Positions 13,622 through 26,351 of a stretch of DNA of 45,631 nt are shown here, one piece after another. The position numbers and the translations under genes are program-made. Source of the stretch: Psammoneis japonica (lineage: Eukaryota). The stretch spans positions 405,050 to 450,680 of the forward strand of contig QPGO01000054.1 of NCBI GenBank assembly GCA_008632985.1, written 5' to 3'. How positions within the stretch are numbered: the stretch's first letter is position 1; each line of letters opens with the position of its first letter. The notes beneath the pieces are model-generated. The model worked only from the letters and a program-made list of their open reading frames with translations, made no database searches and had not been told where the DNA came from.

Positions 13622-15695
13622 TCATTGGCAAAGACCAACAAGAAGCTGTTTGATAGTCTTTCCGAATATCGCCCAAACCACAGAAATGATCATGGTCGTC
13701 AGAAGCGCCGTAGTCATGTCGGCTCGTCGCATCGCTTGTCGAAATGTAACATCTTTTTTCATCACCATCATTATCGTTGGAGGAGGAATGATTCCAAACG
13801 AAATCTTGTGTAGCAAGGCACGGGGAATCACGTTGAGTGTCCACAGAAATCGGCCGACGCGATCCTTGCGAAGAGATTGGTTGTACTGATAGGGTGCGCC
13901 GAACCGAGCGACTCGGATCAATGCCTTGACCTAACAAATAGAAGACACGAGTGAGACCTTATCAATTGTGGACACAGTCAATAAAACAACGGATAAGTAC
14001 CTCAGGCAATCGCACACGCTCATACTCTTTCAACGCTGCTCCTAGAGTTGGTAGAAGCGTGCTCTCGTTCGGAGCTTCCCCTGTGATTATGTTTTCGCCG
14101 CGCAGAGCCCGATCCAGAGCTACGACATCGGACAGACCCGCGTTGATTCCCTGACCAATGTCTGGTGGAAACGCGTGTACCGAATCGCCCACCAATACCA
14201 CTCCAGCATTCTCGTCTGGAGACGATACCTGCAATCCTGGACTGTATTGACAAGGTGGAAATGTGGTACCCTCCGCCGCTACAAACCGATCCCATTCCTT
14301 GTCGTCTGTCAATTCATCAAAGTTCAGTCGCGGAAACGCCTTTTGGAACCACTCCTTTGCTTCTCGACCACTCTTGAATTGCCAAACATCATGACTAGGA
14401 CGCGTAATGACATTGATGGATCGAACCATGTTGGGGTCCTTTACGGGAAGAACACCAAAGCTAATTCGATTCGTGGGGCCAGTATTGACAGAGCGAATTG
14501 CAAACGTACGCAGGCCCTCGGCTTGAACGACAGTTCCGTCTGAGTTTGGTATAGGAAATTTGGGTGGAAATTGCAGCACCTACAGGACAGTCAAGTGGGT
14601 ATTGTTGTGAGAAAAAGACCAGACGAGCGCCTTCGTCAAAAAACCATGTTTCCACGCATACCTTCATTCTCAACCCAGTGGATGGCGACGTCCATCTTCT
14701 TACTTTAAACTTGTAGGGAGTCATTGTCACCCAAGAGGCTTCGACCGGGGATAAGGCTAGAGGTGCAGTTATTGGGACTATTGTGTTTTCTTCTGCGAGA
14801 CATTCACGAACCTATTGTGCCAAACAGAATGTTTCACTGAGAATGGACGAAGGATCCCAAACACGATACACAGTTTAGGTATACTTACTGCAGAATTCAT
14901 CCCATCAGCTCCAACAACAAGATCAGCCTCATATGAATGCTTGTATCGTGCCTTTTTTGACTTCATATCCTGAACTGTCACCTCGAGTTGATGGTCCTGT
15001 CCCCTCAGACATTGAATTGACTGGAACTGCTTGCCATCTACTAACTCAATAGACCCCAATTCACTGTTCTTTTCTTTTTTACGAGAAGCTTCTTGTTCGG
15101 CAATTACCTCCATCAAGAGCACAACCATGGAGTGGCGGGGAATCCAATAACTCACGTCCTTCTCAGCGGCATTGGTTGCTGTAAACATCTTGCCTTCGAC
15201 GGACTTTCCTTCTTGCTGCTCAACCTTTGATTTTGGAAGCGGTTTGGTTGGATCCGCAGGGACAACCATTAAGCTTCCCATGCTATTCTCTGCACCTCGT
15301 TCAAGCAGCTTTTCGAAACTCGAAGGAAATTTCTTCATCCAGACTTGACCCCGAGGATTGACGAGATACAAGTATGCTTTGGTAGGATCGTACCGAGCGA
15401 CGGACGCGTCACCCACTGTTTGTTCCAACAAGGTGACATCAAAACAGTGTGGAGGATTCGACAGTGTCAGCGCAGTTGCCAATCCAACAGGACCGCCTCC
15501 AACCACTACTGCCTTTCTCTTGTTGACAGTTTCCGCTTTCTGGCCACCACCGGTAGTTGAAGCGACCGCACCGATGGCAGCTTTTCTTCGCGAGCTGGCA
15601 GAAGGAACCATTGCATCAGTCGTCGCACATGTCTGACTGCATACAAAGCTGAACAGTGCAAAGCCACCCAAGGAAGAAAGTACCCGCTTCATCAT
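13622..15695 (-). CDS. FAD-dependent monooxygenase (kynurenine 3-monooxygenase/UbiH-like), copy 2, intact
   Basis: Exons 15695-14889, 14811-14662, 14579-14001 and 13930-13622 with GT-AG ends splice in frame. Motifs GGGPVG, VGADGMNSAVR and LVGDSVHAFPPDIGQG. Signal-peptide-like N-terminus and hydrophobic C-terminus. Confidence 0.88.
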
Positions 15696-15758
15696 GGCCT
15701 GTCGTTCTTCTGGGTGATGGGGAACACAACGACGACAACAACGCCAAGCACCATGATG

Positions 15759-15810
15759 TGTCAGAAGTCAGAAGAGTCAAAAGAGTCAAAAGCAAGTCAA
15801 AAAAAGAGCC
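15759..15810 (+). repeat. Degenerate (AGTCAAAAG-like) tandem repeat in a ~305-bp divergent promoter
   Basis: gtcagaagtcagaagagtcaaaagagtcaaaagcaagtcaaaaaaagagcc lies between ATGs at 15695(-) and 16001(+). Confidence 0.6.
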
Positions 15811-16000
15811 AAAAAAGCTGCGCTGTTTATTGCTGTTAGTTTCTTGCGCTTCTATGAGAGCGCAGTTAGTCGATAGATTCGCATCAAAGATTCCGAATTC
15901 CATGAGCTCGCAAATGGATTTCGGTCTGCTATCGTCCGTCTCCGATGCACCAAACTCCCGAAACTCCTCATCATCCTTGACTATTTTTGACCGCATCGCC

Positions 16001-19000
16001 ATGGCGTTCAGTGGCTTTGGCGCACCCGCTCCGGGTGGAGCGCCCGCACCAGCGCCTGCTGGTGGTGCCTTTTCCTTTAATACAGGAAATACAGCAGCAC
16101 CAGCCGCGGCTCCAGCAACAACGGGGTTGAGCTTTGGTGCACCAGCACCCGGAGCAGCAACGGGAGCGGCGCCGACTCCCGCAGCACCAGCGCCGGCGTT
16201 TAGCTTTGCGACGGGTGCACCTACTGCTGCACCAACGCCAGCGACAACAACAGGTACGACTCAGGCACCAGCTACAGGAATAAACTTTGGTGGAGGTGGT
16301 GCACCGGCGGCGGCGGCAACGCCCGCAGCAGCACCCGCAACAACAACACCGGCACCAGCAGCGGGATTTAGCTTCTCTTCGACTGCACCAGCGACAGGTA
16401 CCACACCGGCACCGGCTGCAACTACTACGTTTGGAGCCACTATTCCAGCCCCATCAGCTACTCCGGCACCGGCGGGTGCCTTTGGTGGTTTTTCTGCTAC
16501 ACCGGCAGCGGGTACAACACCAGCAAGTACGCTTGGAGCTGCACCAGCAACTGCAGCTACGCCAGCAGCTCCCGCAGCACCGACTGTAACTGTACAAGAT
16601 TTTGAAGAACAGTTTCCTTATTCATCCATACTGTCCAAGGTGAAACGCTTGCTACCGCTCGTTTCCAACGATCAAGCGACTTTGGAATGGCAAGAGCTCT
16701 TTCATATTTTACAGTGCCAACCTACTTCTACCGACAAGTCTGTCATTGGCCATTTGCTCTCCAAGCCACCACCCTTGCAGTGGAATGCCCGCAACGATGC
16801 GTTCCGGTCTAGACTACAAGCCAGTCCGACCGTTTTGTTGCAGGGCAAAACGGCCGGCCTTACGCCAGAAATGATTCAAGAAATTTGGCAATTGGCAGAC
16901 GATTTGCGCATTACAGAAGAATCGGCCCTTTGCCTCTATGCCCAAGCAAGTGACCCCAAGAAACGAAGGCTGATGGAGTCCAAGCTTCAAGCGTCCGGCT
17001 CAAGTCTGACGCTTGGAACCAACGTGCCCAAGGCCGCCCGAGAGCTCTTTTTCTACGAGCACAGCTGTGCGCTCACCACCGTCCTGTTGCTTTTGCAACA
17101 GCGACTCCAAGCTTCCTCGGATCAGACTACGCCCAACGCCTTTCTCGTGGCGACGGACCAATTGATTCAAAATGGTTTGGTGGAGAATTTAATTTCTCTT
17201 GTTCGTGAATACACGCTCTTGGCGGATAACTTGGAAAATGAGTGGGCACGGAAAAAGGCAAACATGCAAGTTCCAGCCTTTGGAGGAACGCCCGCGACGA
17301 CGTCGTCGAACGATAAGGGATTCTTGGCTGAGCTCTTGGACTTTGTGCAAAAGCAAAGGCAAATGGCGAGCGAGTGTCTCTTTTATCTTACCTATCACAC
17401 TCAGTGTACGCCACAAGAAGTGGCCTCCTTGATTGATATCGTCAAGGAATTGACCAATGGCAAAGATAACGCTACCGGTAGTGGCTTACCCATTTTGGAT
17501 CCGTTCAAGGACATTCCGTCTGCTTTTGAAAATGATCCAAACGCGGTCCCCGTCGCTACGGGACCGTTTGCGACGGCTTCACCCTTTGCCGCACCGGTGC
17601 CAGCCCAAAAGGAAAAGGATCCACTCAAGTGGCGAGAGGAATTGATCAAGAACGTGTGGGAGAGCGGGGGGAAACCGCAGCTACTCAAGTGTGTGTCGGT
17701 GTTGATCATGTCTATCATTTGTGCACTGGATGGACGACAAACCTTGATGGATCGAGCTCGGCATGGTCCGAATCAATTTGGAGTGGTAGGTTTGTTGTCT
17801 CATGTTGTAACTTTGAATCATGCGGAAACCACAATGGATCTCACATTTTATTCTTTTCTCTTTCACTGACTTTCGATCACAGGGAAATGCTCTACTTCCG
17901 CCGACCCAAACTGGTGTTCCAGGCTCAACAGATGACCTATTGCCGATTCATTCACGTCTTGACCCCAAGAAAGAGATGCACAAGGATTGGAAACGCAAAG
18001 ATATCTGGGGTCTGTTGGCCGCTTCGTATGCGCTCTTGCTTCTTCCTGTAGAAATCGTTTCTTCTTCTCCTCGTAATCGAAGCCGGTCGCACTCCTCAGA
18101 CAGCTTTTCACCGCGTAGAGGCCAGATTGACGTCAAGGCAACCTGGCGAGCATGTCTCGAAGCACCGACTGAGATGCAGTCTTTTAGTTTTGCGCGTCTC
18201 TCGTTGGTGCCTTCCTTTGCCAAGCGCTCGTACGGACCCGACTGCAAGTGCAACAATTACGAGGTAAGTCCAGCCGTTCTCATTCTCGTTTTTGTCTTGT
18301 CTGGTGTACAAGAGATACTCACATGTCCTGGTCCTTTAAGTTCTATATGTCTGTCCTTTCCGAGTTCGTCTCGAAGTATCTTGATGTCCTGTGTGCGTCT
18401 GGAAACGTTCCGATTTCAAGAGAGCAGTGGAAATCGGACGAGGAAATGGAGTTGCAAGTCAGCCGGGCTCAACGAGACCAGGATCGGAAGTTTGGGGACT
18501 GGTCGGGAACATCGACGACCGACGTGCAAGACATTCCCAACGAAGTGGATCTGTTAGGGAGGCCTGACTGTATGGACGACGTCATGGCGTTGGCCGTTAC
18601 GGTTTGTTCGACTGGTCCCACATTTGCGCTCAATTTCTGGTCTGTCGCAGATGAAGTCGTAATAGAGGGCGACACCTCTATCACTCGACCAACTTTGGTA
18701 CCAAGTCGGGCGATGCAGACAATGGAACTTCTAGTTGCAAAGGATGAGTCCTTACGGCCTGCTCATATATCTTTTCTTGGCGCGTTGGCCTTGGCACAGG
18801 GGCCTGAAGAAAACCCTGAATGCAGTGGGGCGGCTGTCATTCACAAGAAGCTGTCTGCCGAAGTTGACAACACCAAAGTGAGTTGGTACTCCATTCTCTA
18901 TAATATCGGGTGGTATGCCAAACAGTTGAATACTAGCAAAGCAGGACTGAGAGGCTCGACAGAAACGATGCGTACCAATACTTCCAGTGGTTTTGATACC

Positions 19001-22000
19001 GCGTCGACTGCCTATTACTACGGGGCGGACCAAAGCAACGGCGGTGGAAATTTTCAATCTTCGCAGTCGCAGCAAACAACGACCACAGCGTCAGCGGAAG
19101 CCAAGCCGACGGAACTAGGAGAGGCCAATCAAAGCACAATCTTGTCCCACCTTGCTCTAATTTCAAGCGTGGCGTCTCAATCTTCCGAAGCAAGAGCTGA
19201 CATTGCAGCAAAAGCAGTACCCATCAGCGATGGCGTGGGAGGAGATCATGGACTCACCATTCTGTTTTCCATGGCGATTGCTCCAGTTTCTCCAGAAATC
19301 CGAGGAGCTGTATTTGTCGCCATCTCCAACATTCTACGCGAACCATCGCTGTCATCTGTGAAAAACAATAAGACAGTGCAAGACATGGTGAGGAAAGGTT
19401 GGGATTTGCTGGAAGAAAGCCAGATCATCCCTATTGGGCTACTTGATCAGTACGCCGCTCCCACGGGAGTTTCGCGGACAGCGGTAATGGGCTTTCCGCT
19501 CTCCTCGACAGCTCAGGTATGTTTTGGCATTGAAATGTCGTTCTTTTTTCGATGGCGGCTTACTTGTCGTATTGCGTTTCCTTCACTTAAGGTCGCGACA
19601 GGAGCGGCAGAGCAGTTCGGCACTCCGTGGACGCCTCCTGATACTAGGTTTGGTATTATGTATGAAATGGAACACGTCGAGTCTCGCCAAGGAGTTTATC
19701 CTTCGACAGAGGGGTTGCTGCATCTGCTGACGACTCTTGTCATGGTTGGTGGTTGCCCCGCAGATCTCGGTCGATTCTGGAGGCCGCGCTCTGGTTGCTC
19801 CCCGTACGTCGAGTACGTAATCCATTTTGTGCTTCCTCGAGCACTGGGGACAAAGAATACTGACCAGGGTTTGCCGTTTCGAAATCTTGGAGACAAGAGC
19901 CGATTGGTCTGCCTGGCTCTCGAATTGGTGGAGGCCGTATTATCTCGCTATGTTGTTCCATCACCCCTTGGAAAGGTCTCTGGAAGCTCAGAGCCTCAAA
20001 TCACAAGCGCAGTGTTTGGTCTTTCGTCAGTTGCTGAAGCTATCTCCATACATCCGAATGAAGCTGACCAGAAAGCGTATGCGGCGGACTGCCGCGATGA
20101 ACTGGTGTCACACAGAACTAATTCTGGAAGCGACACGACTGGTGGCTTGTTGAGTGGTGGTATCGCGGCTCAAGCCCCGTATACACCATCAACAGCGGCT
20201 CTTACCGGTGACGCTGCTCTTCCTCTGCCCAAATCACCCGGGTTTGCGGTTCTGGTTGATATTTTGTCTTCCTTATACGGCGATCTCTTCAAATCAATCG
20301 TTTCTTTGTTGACTCAAGACTTCGCGTCCCGTGGTATGATTGAAATGTATGGGGATCCTGAATATTACGCAGTCGTTGCTGCCTCGCTGTTCGGGAGAAC
20401 ATCGCCATCATTCCATATTGCCAAGCAGGCTACTAATCAGAACCAGTCATCGTCGCCGAACAAGCACGCGTTACTAAAACCGCCATTTCCTGCTCATTAT
20501 CAGCCTGCACGTCTCATTGCTTGTGATGATGCGTCCGCAGTCTCGATTGATGGGACTTTTTGGAGAGAGCGCTCCGTCTCCCTGGCGCTTCGCATTCTTT
20601 GCGCAGCTGCAATTCGCGAAGACCAGTTCTCTCGGATTGTCAATGGCTTACGTCATCCGATGAAGATTGTGCCTGTTCTAAGGTTACACAGGCTTAGCGG
20701 TAGGCCTTCTGGAATCCGTGCATACGATGTGCAGGTGTCGAGGCTTGTTGATTTGTTGAAGTCCTCGGCCGGAGTTTGGGATTCTCAAGGTGCAGGAGAT
20801 GGTGTTTTCCCAACGATCATGAAGTATCTCGGATACGTGTCGCCATCTTGGAAACAAGACGCAGAGGTTTCCAGCCCAGCTGTCGCTCTGATGCTTTATG
20901 CTGATCGCATGTTACCGGCTTTGGAGACGGTGCGAACGCTCTGTGGTGCCTCCTCGAATGGAGGCACACATCTTGCTGTTGCAGTGGCGAGAAGGCTGAA
21001 AGTGTCATCCACGCGGGTAGAGATAACTTCTCACGCAGATATTGTACGCGTCATTTTGAATCTATTGGTGTCAAAGTTGCGAGGAGACTCGGCCAGCGAT
21101 GACGTGAACATCTCTCATATTATGTTAGGATTGCCAAAAACTTCGATTGCCACCGATTGGGACGCTGCCTCTGTCGACATATGCGCGGATTCATTTGATG
21201 TTATCGTGGAGCAGATATCCCGCATTGATTTTGTTCGCGACAGTCGCACCTCTAAATTTGCAGCAACGGCTTTTGAAATCTTGTTCTGTCTGGTTCGCAC
21301 GCAGGGCATTGACCAATCTAGAAAACTGACTCGAGTTCTGTACGCGGCACAACGGCTTCGCGGCATCGATTTTTGGTACAAGAATCTTCTTCTATTCATG
21401 GAGAGAGGAGGAGAGCAGCGTTGTATTCTAGAAGAAGCCACATCAAGCGCTGCGGATGAAAATGGCAGTGAGTTACTTCATTGTGTCTCCTGGCTGTTGA
21501 AAGGCGTATCGAACGAACTTCGGCTGTTGATGGGAGTTTCAACACAATTGAAGGACGGACCGATCCCCTCCCAGTTGTTGGGAATGGCGTCGCCGCGCCC
21601 AACCTCTTGTCGACGTCTTCTCTCGCTACTTTTTGCTGGGCCTAGTTTCCTAGCAGTTCACGCGCTGAACTACCTACCTCTGATACGGAAAAGCGGCATG
21701 AGCTCCTTGTCTTTGCCGTTGAATGAGGTGGAAGATATCCCCTTGCAGGGTCCCGCCGATGTTGTTGCAGGGTATTTCATCATCTCCATTGACAAATTAC
21801 GTCATAGATTTAGTAGCCAAGGAGAGAATGAAGCTGCTAATGTCGCGCGGAAATCGGCGGTTGATTGGGCCAAAGAATGGAACTTGGTTGTTACACGAGA
21901 CTGCGCTGTTTCTCATTTCGCGGATGCGCTACGTGTAGTGTTCGGTTCATCATTTGTCTTCTGTGGGAATCTTCTTCTCGGTGGCGGGGCGCCATTAGAC

Positions 22001-24193
22001 AGAGGGGGGGTCTTGCAGTATCTGTCTCTCATATTGTCACGGCTGACGGACGAGATGAACGGCATTAGTGATTCTCGTGGTGTAAACGACGCTTTGTACC
22101 ACAAGGCAGCTCTTGAGATGGCTAGAGTCGCTCTAGTTCTGGTTGAGGAGATCGCTGGCGCGAAGGATAGCACACAGCAACCTCAACTTCCTCTCGATAG
22201 CGGAGATGCCGTTAGTCTTTATGTGCAGCTCTCGACGGCGGTCGCGGTGTCCTCGAAGGTTGACGGCCAAACTTTACATGAGGTTGAAAGGACTGTTTTG
22301 CTCGGGAGATGCCTTGCTTTGATATCAGAAGCTGTATTTAGAAGTCCAAATGGGTTGCACAACGTTGATGGGGAGAAAGAAAACATCTTACTTGCGGCCT
22401 CAGCATTGGCTAGAATTGCGAGCAAGCCAGTGAGCGGGTCATCTAGGGTTGACTGGACTCCTCGCGGCAACCGAAATGCTTCTATGATTCGAACTGCCAG
22501 GTCGTCTCTTTCTACTTTACTAACGTGTCACGAAAACGACGACGATGCACGTGAGGAATCCTTGGTTTTCAAATTATTCAAGATGGGTCCTGCACGTCGT
22601 GACAGAGCTGAAAAGGATTCAATATCATCCCTCCTTTCTCTTGTGACTACCTTGGACGACGATGTCTACAACATCTTATCTAGCATTGCACTCTGTCGTT
22701 TCGGCGCGGAGCTTCTGCATGAAGCCGGTTTGCTCGCTGTTCTTGAACGGGCTGCTCAGCGCTACACCGTAGAAGAAGGCCGAGTTCGCGCTCAGGTATC
22801 GTCGACGAATCAACACGTTGACATACGCACCCCATCGTTTCTGTCGGGACACTTTTCGCTATTGAATGCAATGCTGTCGACTCGGTCACTTTCACCGGAC
22901 AACCGCCAGAAGGTCGCAGAGGACGCAAAAGAAATTATCCGTTGTCACATCCCAATAGTGGAGCGTTTGATCCTCTCATTCCCAACCGACGGGGACGTAG
23001 TTTTAGAGTTCACGAAGTGCCTTTACTTGGTATCGAAACCGCGTGACTTCGACAACCCTGCTGGCGGTCAGAATCTATGGCAACTGGACAGCGTAAAGTC
23101 ACGAAGCCATATCGACCAAAGGAATTGGGCTGCTGTCGAGAAGCTAGTGCTTGAACTCACCTACCATGTGTCACAATACCCCTTCCCCCGGAGACTTCTG
23201 CCAGTACTTCCTGCGGCATTAAATGACACCCAAACCTCTCAGGAGCCTTCAAATCATGTTGTTTCCGTCTCAAATGCAGCCACGAGAATCTGGTGGGACG
23301 CCGTTGAAAACCGGCTTCTAAGTAAGGAACGGAATCCGCTTCCAGAGCCTCCTAGAATCGCGGCGAGCAGTGGAGTTTGGTATAATGATGTACCAGATCT
23401 GAACAGCAGCGGTGGGTGGTCCGACCAACACTATGAGTTCTGCATACAAGCTTCTCGGATTCTAGATTCCAGTTTGTCATTTTTGAATCAGCGAGTGCAG
23501 CTTTCGCCTCCACTCCGCATTGATTGTTTCGCACTGGCAAAAGGATTTTGTCGATGCGCGGACTCCGCAAGAGTGAGTATCCCATGTCGTTTTCCAGTTG
23601 CGTTGTAACTAGTTGGTTCTATCAGCGTCTCTGACTTACTCGTTATTTGATCTATTCATCAGGCCATCGAGGGTAGGCTTCGTACGCTCGCAGGCGCGAC
23701 TAGTGGCTCGTTGGTGACTGACGGTGTCTTCAACATAAGCATGACAAGCAACGAGGAAAGCACGAGAAGCAAACAAATTGAGCTGGAGTATCTCTCGCTC
23801 CTGGGCCCTATCATCGGTCGTTGTGCAGAGAAATTTCTCGTGCTCACTTTATCATACCTTCGCGGGGTTGCTCGTGAATCAATGACTGGGTCTGAGATGA
23901 TAGGAAGCACCCATCAACCGAAATGCCAGTTGCGGGTTTGTCAGAGTTGATGCTAGCTTCCCTCGATCACACGCAGGTTGAGACGATGGTGAGTCGTCTG
24001 TGCCCAATGCATCGTCTTTCTTAATCCATTCCCGCCAACTCCCATTTCCAATTCGCCTTTTGTTTATTTTATTTTTCAGGGTGTTGGATGCATCGGATAT
24101 GAGAGAGGTGACGAAAAAAAGAGAGACTTTGCTAGAGAGATATCGAAAAACCTGCGGAAGGAGCTGCAGGGCGAAATGAAGATGTTTACCTAA
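16001..24193 (+). CDS. NUP205: Nuclear pore scaffold protein Nup205/Nup192 with N-terminal FG-repeat extension
   Basis: Nup205-like blocks EIWQLADDLRITEESAL, TDQLIQNGLVENLISL, QRQMASECLFY, GIMYEMEHVESRQGVYPSTEGLLHLL and PADLGRFWRPRSGCSPYVEYV. Introns about 17786-17882, 18264-18340, 19517-19591, 23573-23662 and 23989-24079. One missing base near 23911. Stop TAA at 24191-24193. Confidence 0.8.
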
Positions 24194-24308
24194 AAAACGG
24201 AAGTCGAGAAACAGAGAGGGATCCGGAGACTGAACAGAAAGTCACTTAGTTCCGTAGATAGCACTACCATGGCATAAAGGGAAACAAGAATATATTTATG
24301 GTAGGCGA

Positions 24309-26129
24309 TCACTGGATAATGCGGAAGTCAACACAGACACGAGATTGTCGCTTTGCTATCGATCCGCAGCTAGCAACGTGAATAATTTCCACTGACAATC
24401 CCATTTTGTCGCACGCTTTCTGGATCGTTTGCTTAGTCCGTTCGCATCCTCCAGCTAGCTCAGGATCAGACGCAAAATCGTACCAGTGGCATTCTCCATT
24501 CTGCCGAAGCATGGGCAACAGCGCCTCCAGAAACACTGCTCCCGCGTCACCTTCACCCAAGTCTCCATCGAGTGCACCTTCCTTGGGTCTCGGAGCTACG
24601 ATTCGATCAAACGATTTCTCCTCGAGTGTACCAAGAACTTCCAAAACGTCTCCCTCCACGATATGTAGCCGCTCCGCCGCCCCTTTGCATTTAACTGCCT
24701 TGTTTCTCTCTAGCATTCGTTTTGCTCGTCTGGCGCACTGCACAGCAATGGGATTCAATTCAACAGCCACAACAGATGACGCCTCAGTCCTACCAGCAAT
24801 TTGCATTGCATCCATGGCAACCCCCGCGAATAGCACCAAGACATTTTCTCCTCTTGCAATTTGTTGACATATTCTCAAACGTTCGGCACCCATGCGAGGA
24901 CTAAAAAATGTATGATTCAAATCAACTACACATTTGATTCCATATTCAGTGTGTGAAGTTACAAGCGGTGATCGGTTCGGACCAGCTAGAATTACAAGGC
25001 CGCTTTCGCCAGGCGAGCGTTCGGTGCCAGACAAGTTGCTTGTTCGTGCCGCACATATCTGAAAGAATGCAAAACAAAGACTGTCAGTGAGCCTTGAAGT
25101 TAACAAGAACATCAGAACAGATTGTGCTTAACATCGTACCTTGACTGCCTTATTTCTCCTGAGAATCGCTTCTCCAACCGCTTCTCTGGCATCCTTGTCG
25201 CCGGTCGGCATGGAATGGAGTAGAGCGACATCCCCAATCACATCGTAGCTCTTTGGGATAGCGATTTCTGAGATGCCATCAAGCAATGCAGAAGTATTAT
25301 CTTCACTTTCATCTACACAAGACGATGGCATTTCTCTCACTGCCTGAGCGAAACGTTCGATCTTTTCCCAGTTTCTTTCGTGACGAGAGTTGACCAACTC
25401 CTGAAGCCAACCTTCCAAATTCTCGTAAAGAAATCTTCCATCCGGTGCGCAGAGAGGCATATCTAGCCCTTCATCACCCCAAATTGCAACAAGGTATGAA
25501 GATGAATCAGTATCATTATGCCTCCAAGAAGTAAGACCCACATTTTTGAACGCAGGTCTAGCTGCCGCCATGAGAGCGTTTGCACCCGTTAGCGAGCGGC
25601 AAGCGACGTGCAAAATAAATGGTTCGAATCGAAGCCACACTGTCCGAGCGCTATCTGACCCATTTGCATCTGACAAAGAAAACGGAGAGACAACATTATC
25701 ATCTCGAGAACTAGTCATGTCTGCTCCGCTCGCCTCTTCGTTCGATCCCTCGTGTTGTTCTTTGTGATCGTATTGGCCAACAGATCGAAGCACGTCCGCT
25801 CCACCTGTCGGATCCTTGTCGAGCGTTGTCAAATCAAAATACCGCATGGCATCCTTAACTAGATCATGGGCAATTCTACATCGCTCAAACGCAATTGTGT
25901 CTTCATGATTGATGCTCTTTGTCCCACGTCCCCGATAGAGAAAGCATCTCCCAGAACACGATGATGTCGTGTAGTATTCTTTTCGTCCATTAATGAGAGA
26001 ACAAATATCAACGGCTCGCACATCGATTCGACCTGCAAAGGATTTATCACGTTTTCCCAAGCACTGGTTCTTTTTGTTTTCAAAGTTCTTGCAACGCCGT
26101 GTCCAGGAGGAAGACACCGACGACGCCAT
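24309..26129 (-). CDS. TYW3: tRNA wyosine-pathway fusion: TYW3/Taw3 methyltransferase + Trm5/TYW2-family (Met10+-like) SAM domain
   Basis: N-terminal DKSFAGRIDVR..INGRKEYYTTSSCSGR and RFEPFILHVACRSL (TYW3). C-terminal SYDVIGDVAL, FFSPRMGAERLRI, GENVLVLFAGV, AVELNPIAV, DRIVAPRPK, HWYDF. Exons 26129-25140 and 25058-24309. Confidence 0.88.
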
Positions 26130-26351
26130 TGCACCGACCAATCCAAAGCGACCGTACCAAAAACAAAAAAGTGAGGTGGAAAAAAACGGACGGTGGAGCG
26201 GACGCTTCAGTCTGTCCGCTTGCTCCCCGCCATTGCTGGTTTCGCGCGAGAACGCGCCGGGTTGGTACCGAATTTTTTCACGTTTCGTCACAATCGCGGA
26301 GCCATGGCGTTCGAGTAGGTGCTCTCTAGAGAGTACCGCACTTTAACCATC

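Noticed and set aside
15656..16000. 115-aa N-terminal extension of NUP205 from GTG 15656
   Set aside because: Overlaps the divergent gene start and promoter repeat. ATG 16001 begins the FG region in good context.
19517..19591. In-frame read-through segment in the 1786-aa ORF (also 9125-9205)
   Set aside because: GT..AG-bounded, stop-free introns of length divisible by three with non-conserved-looking peptide. The 9125 intron matches the paralog's intron position.
24309..25112. Calling the C-terminal domain a standard TYW2
   Set aside because: Motifs (FSPRM..ER, PRPK, SYDVIGD) fit Trm5/Trm5a better than TYW2. Left open pending phylogeny.
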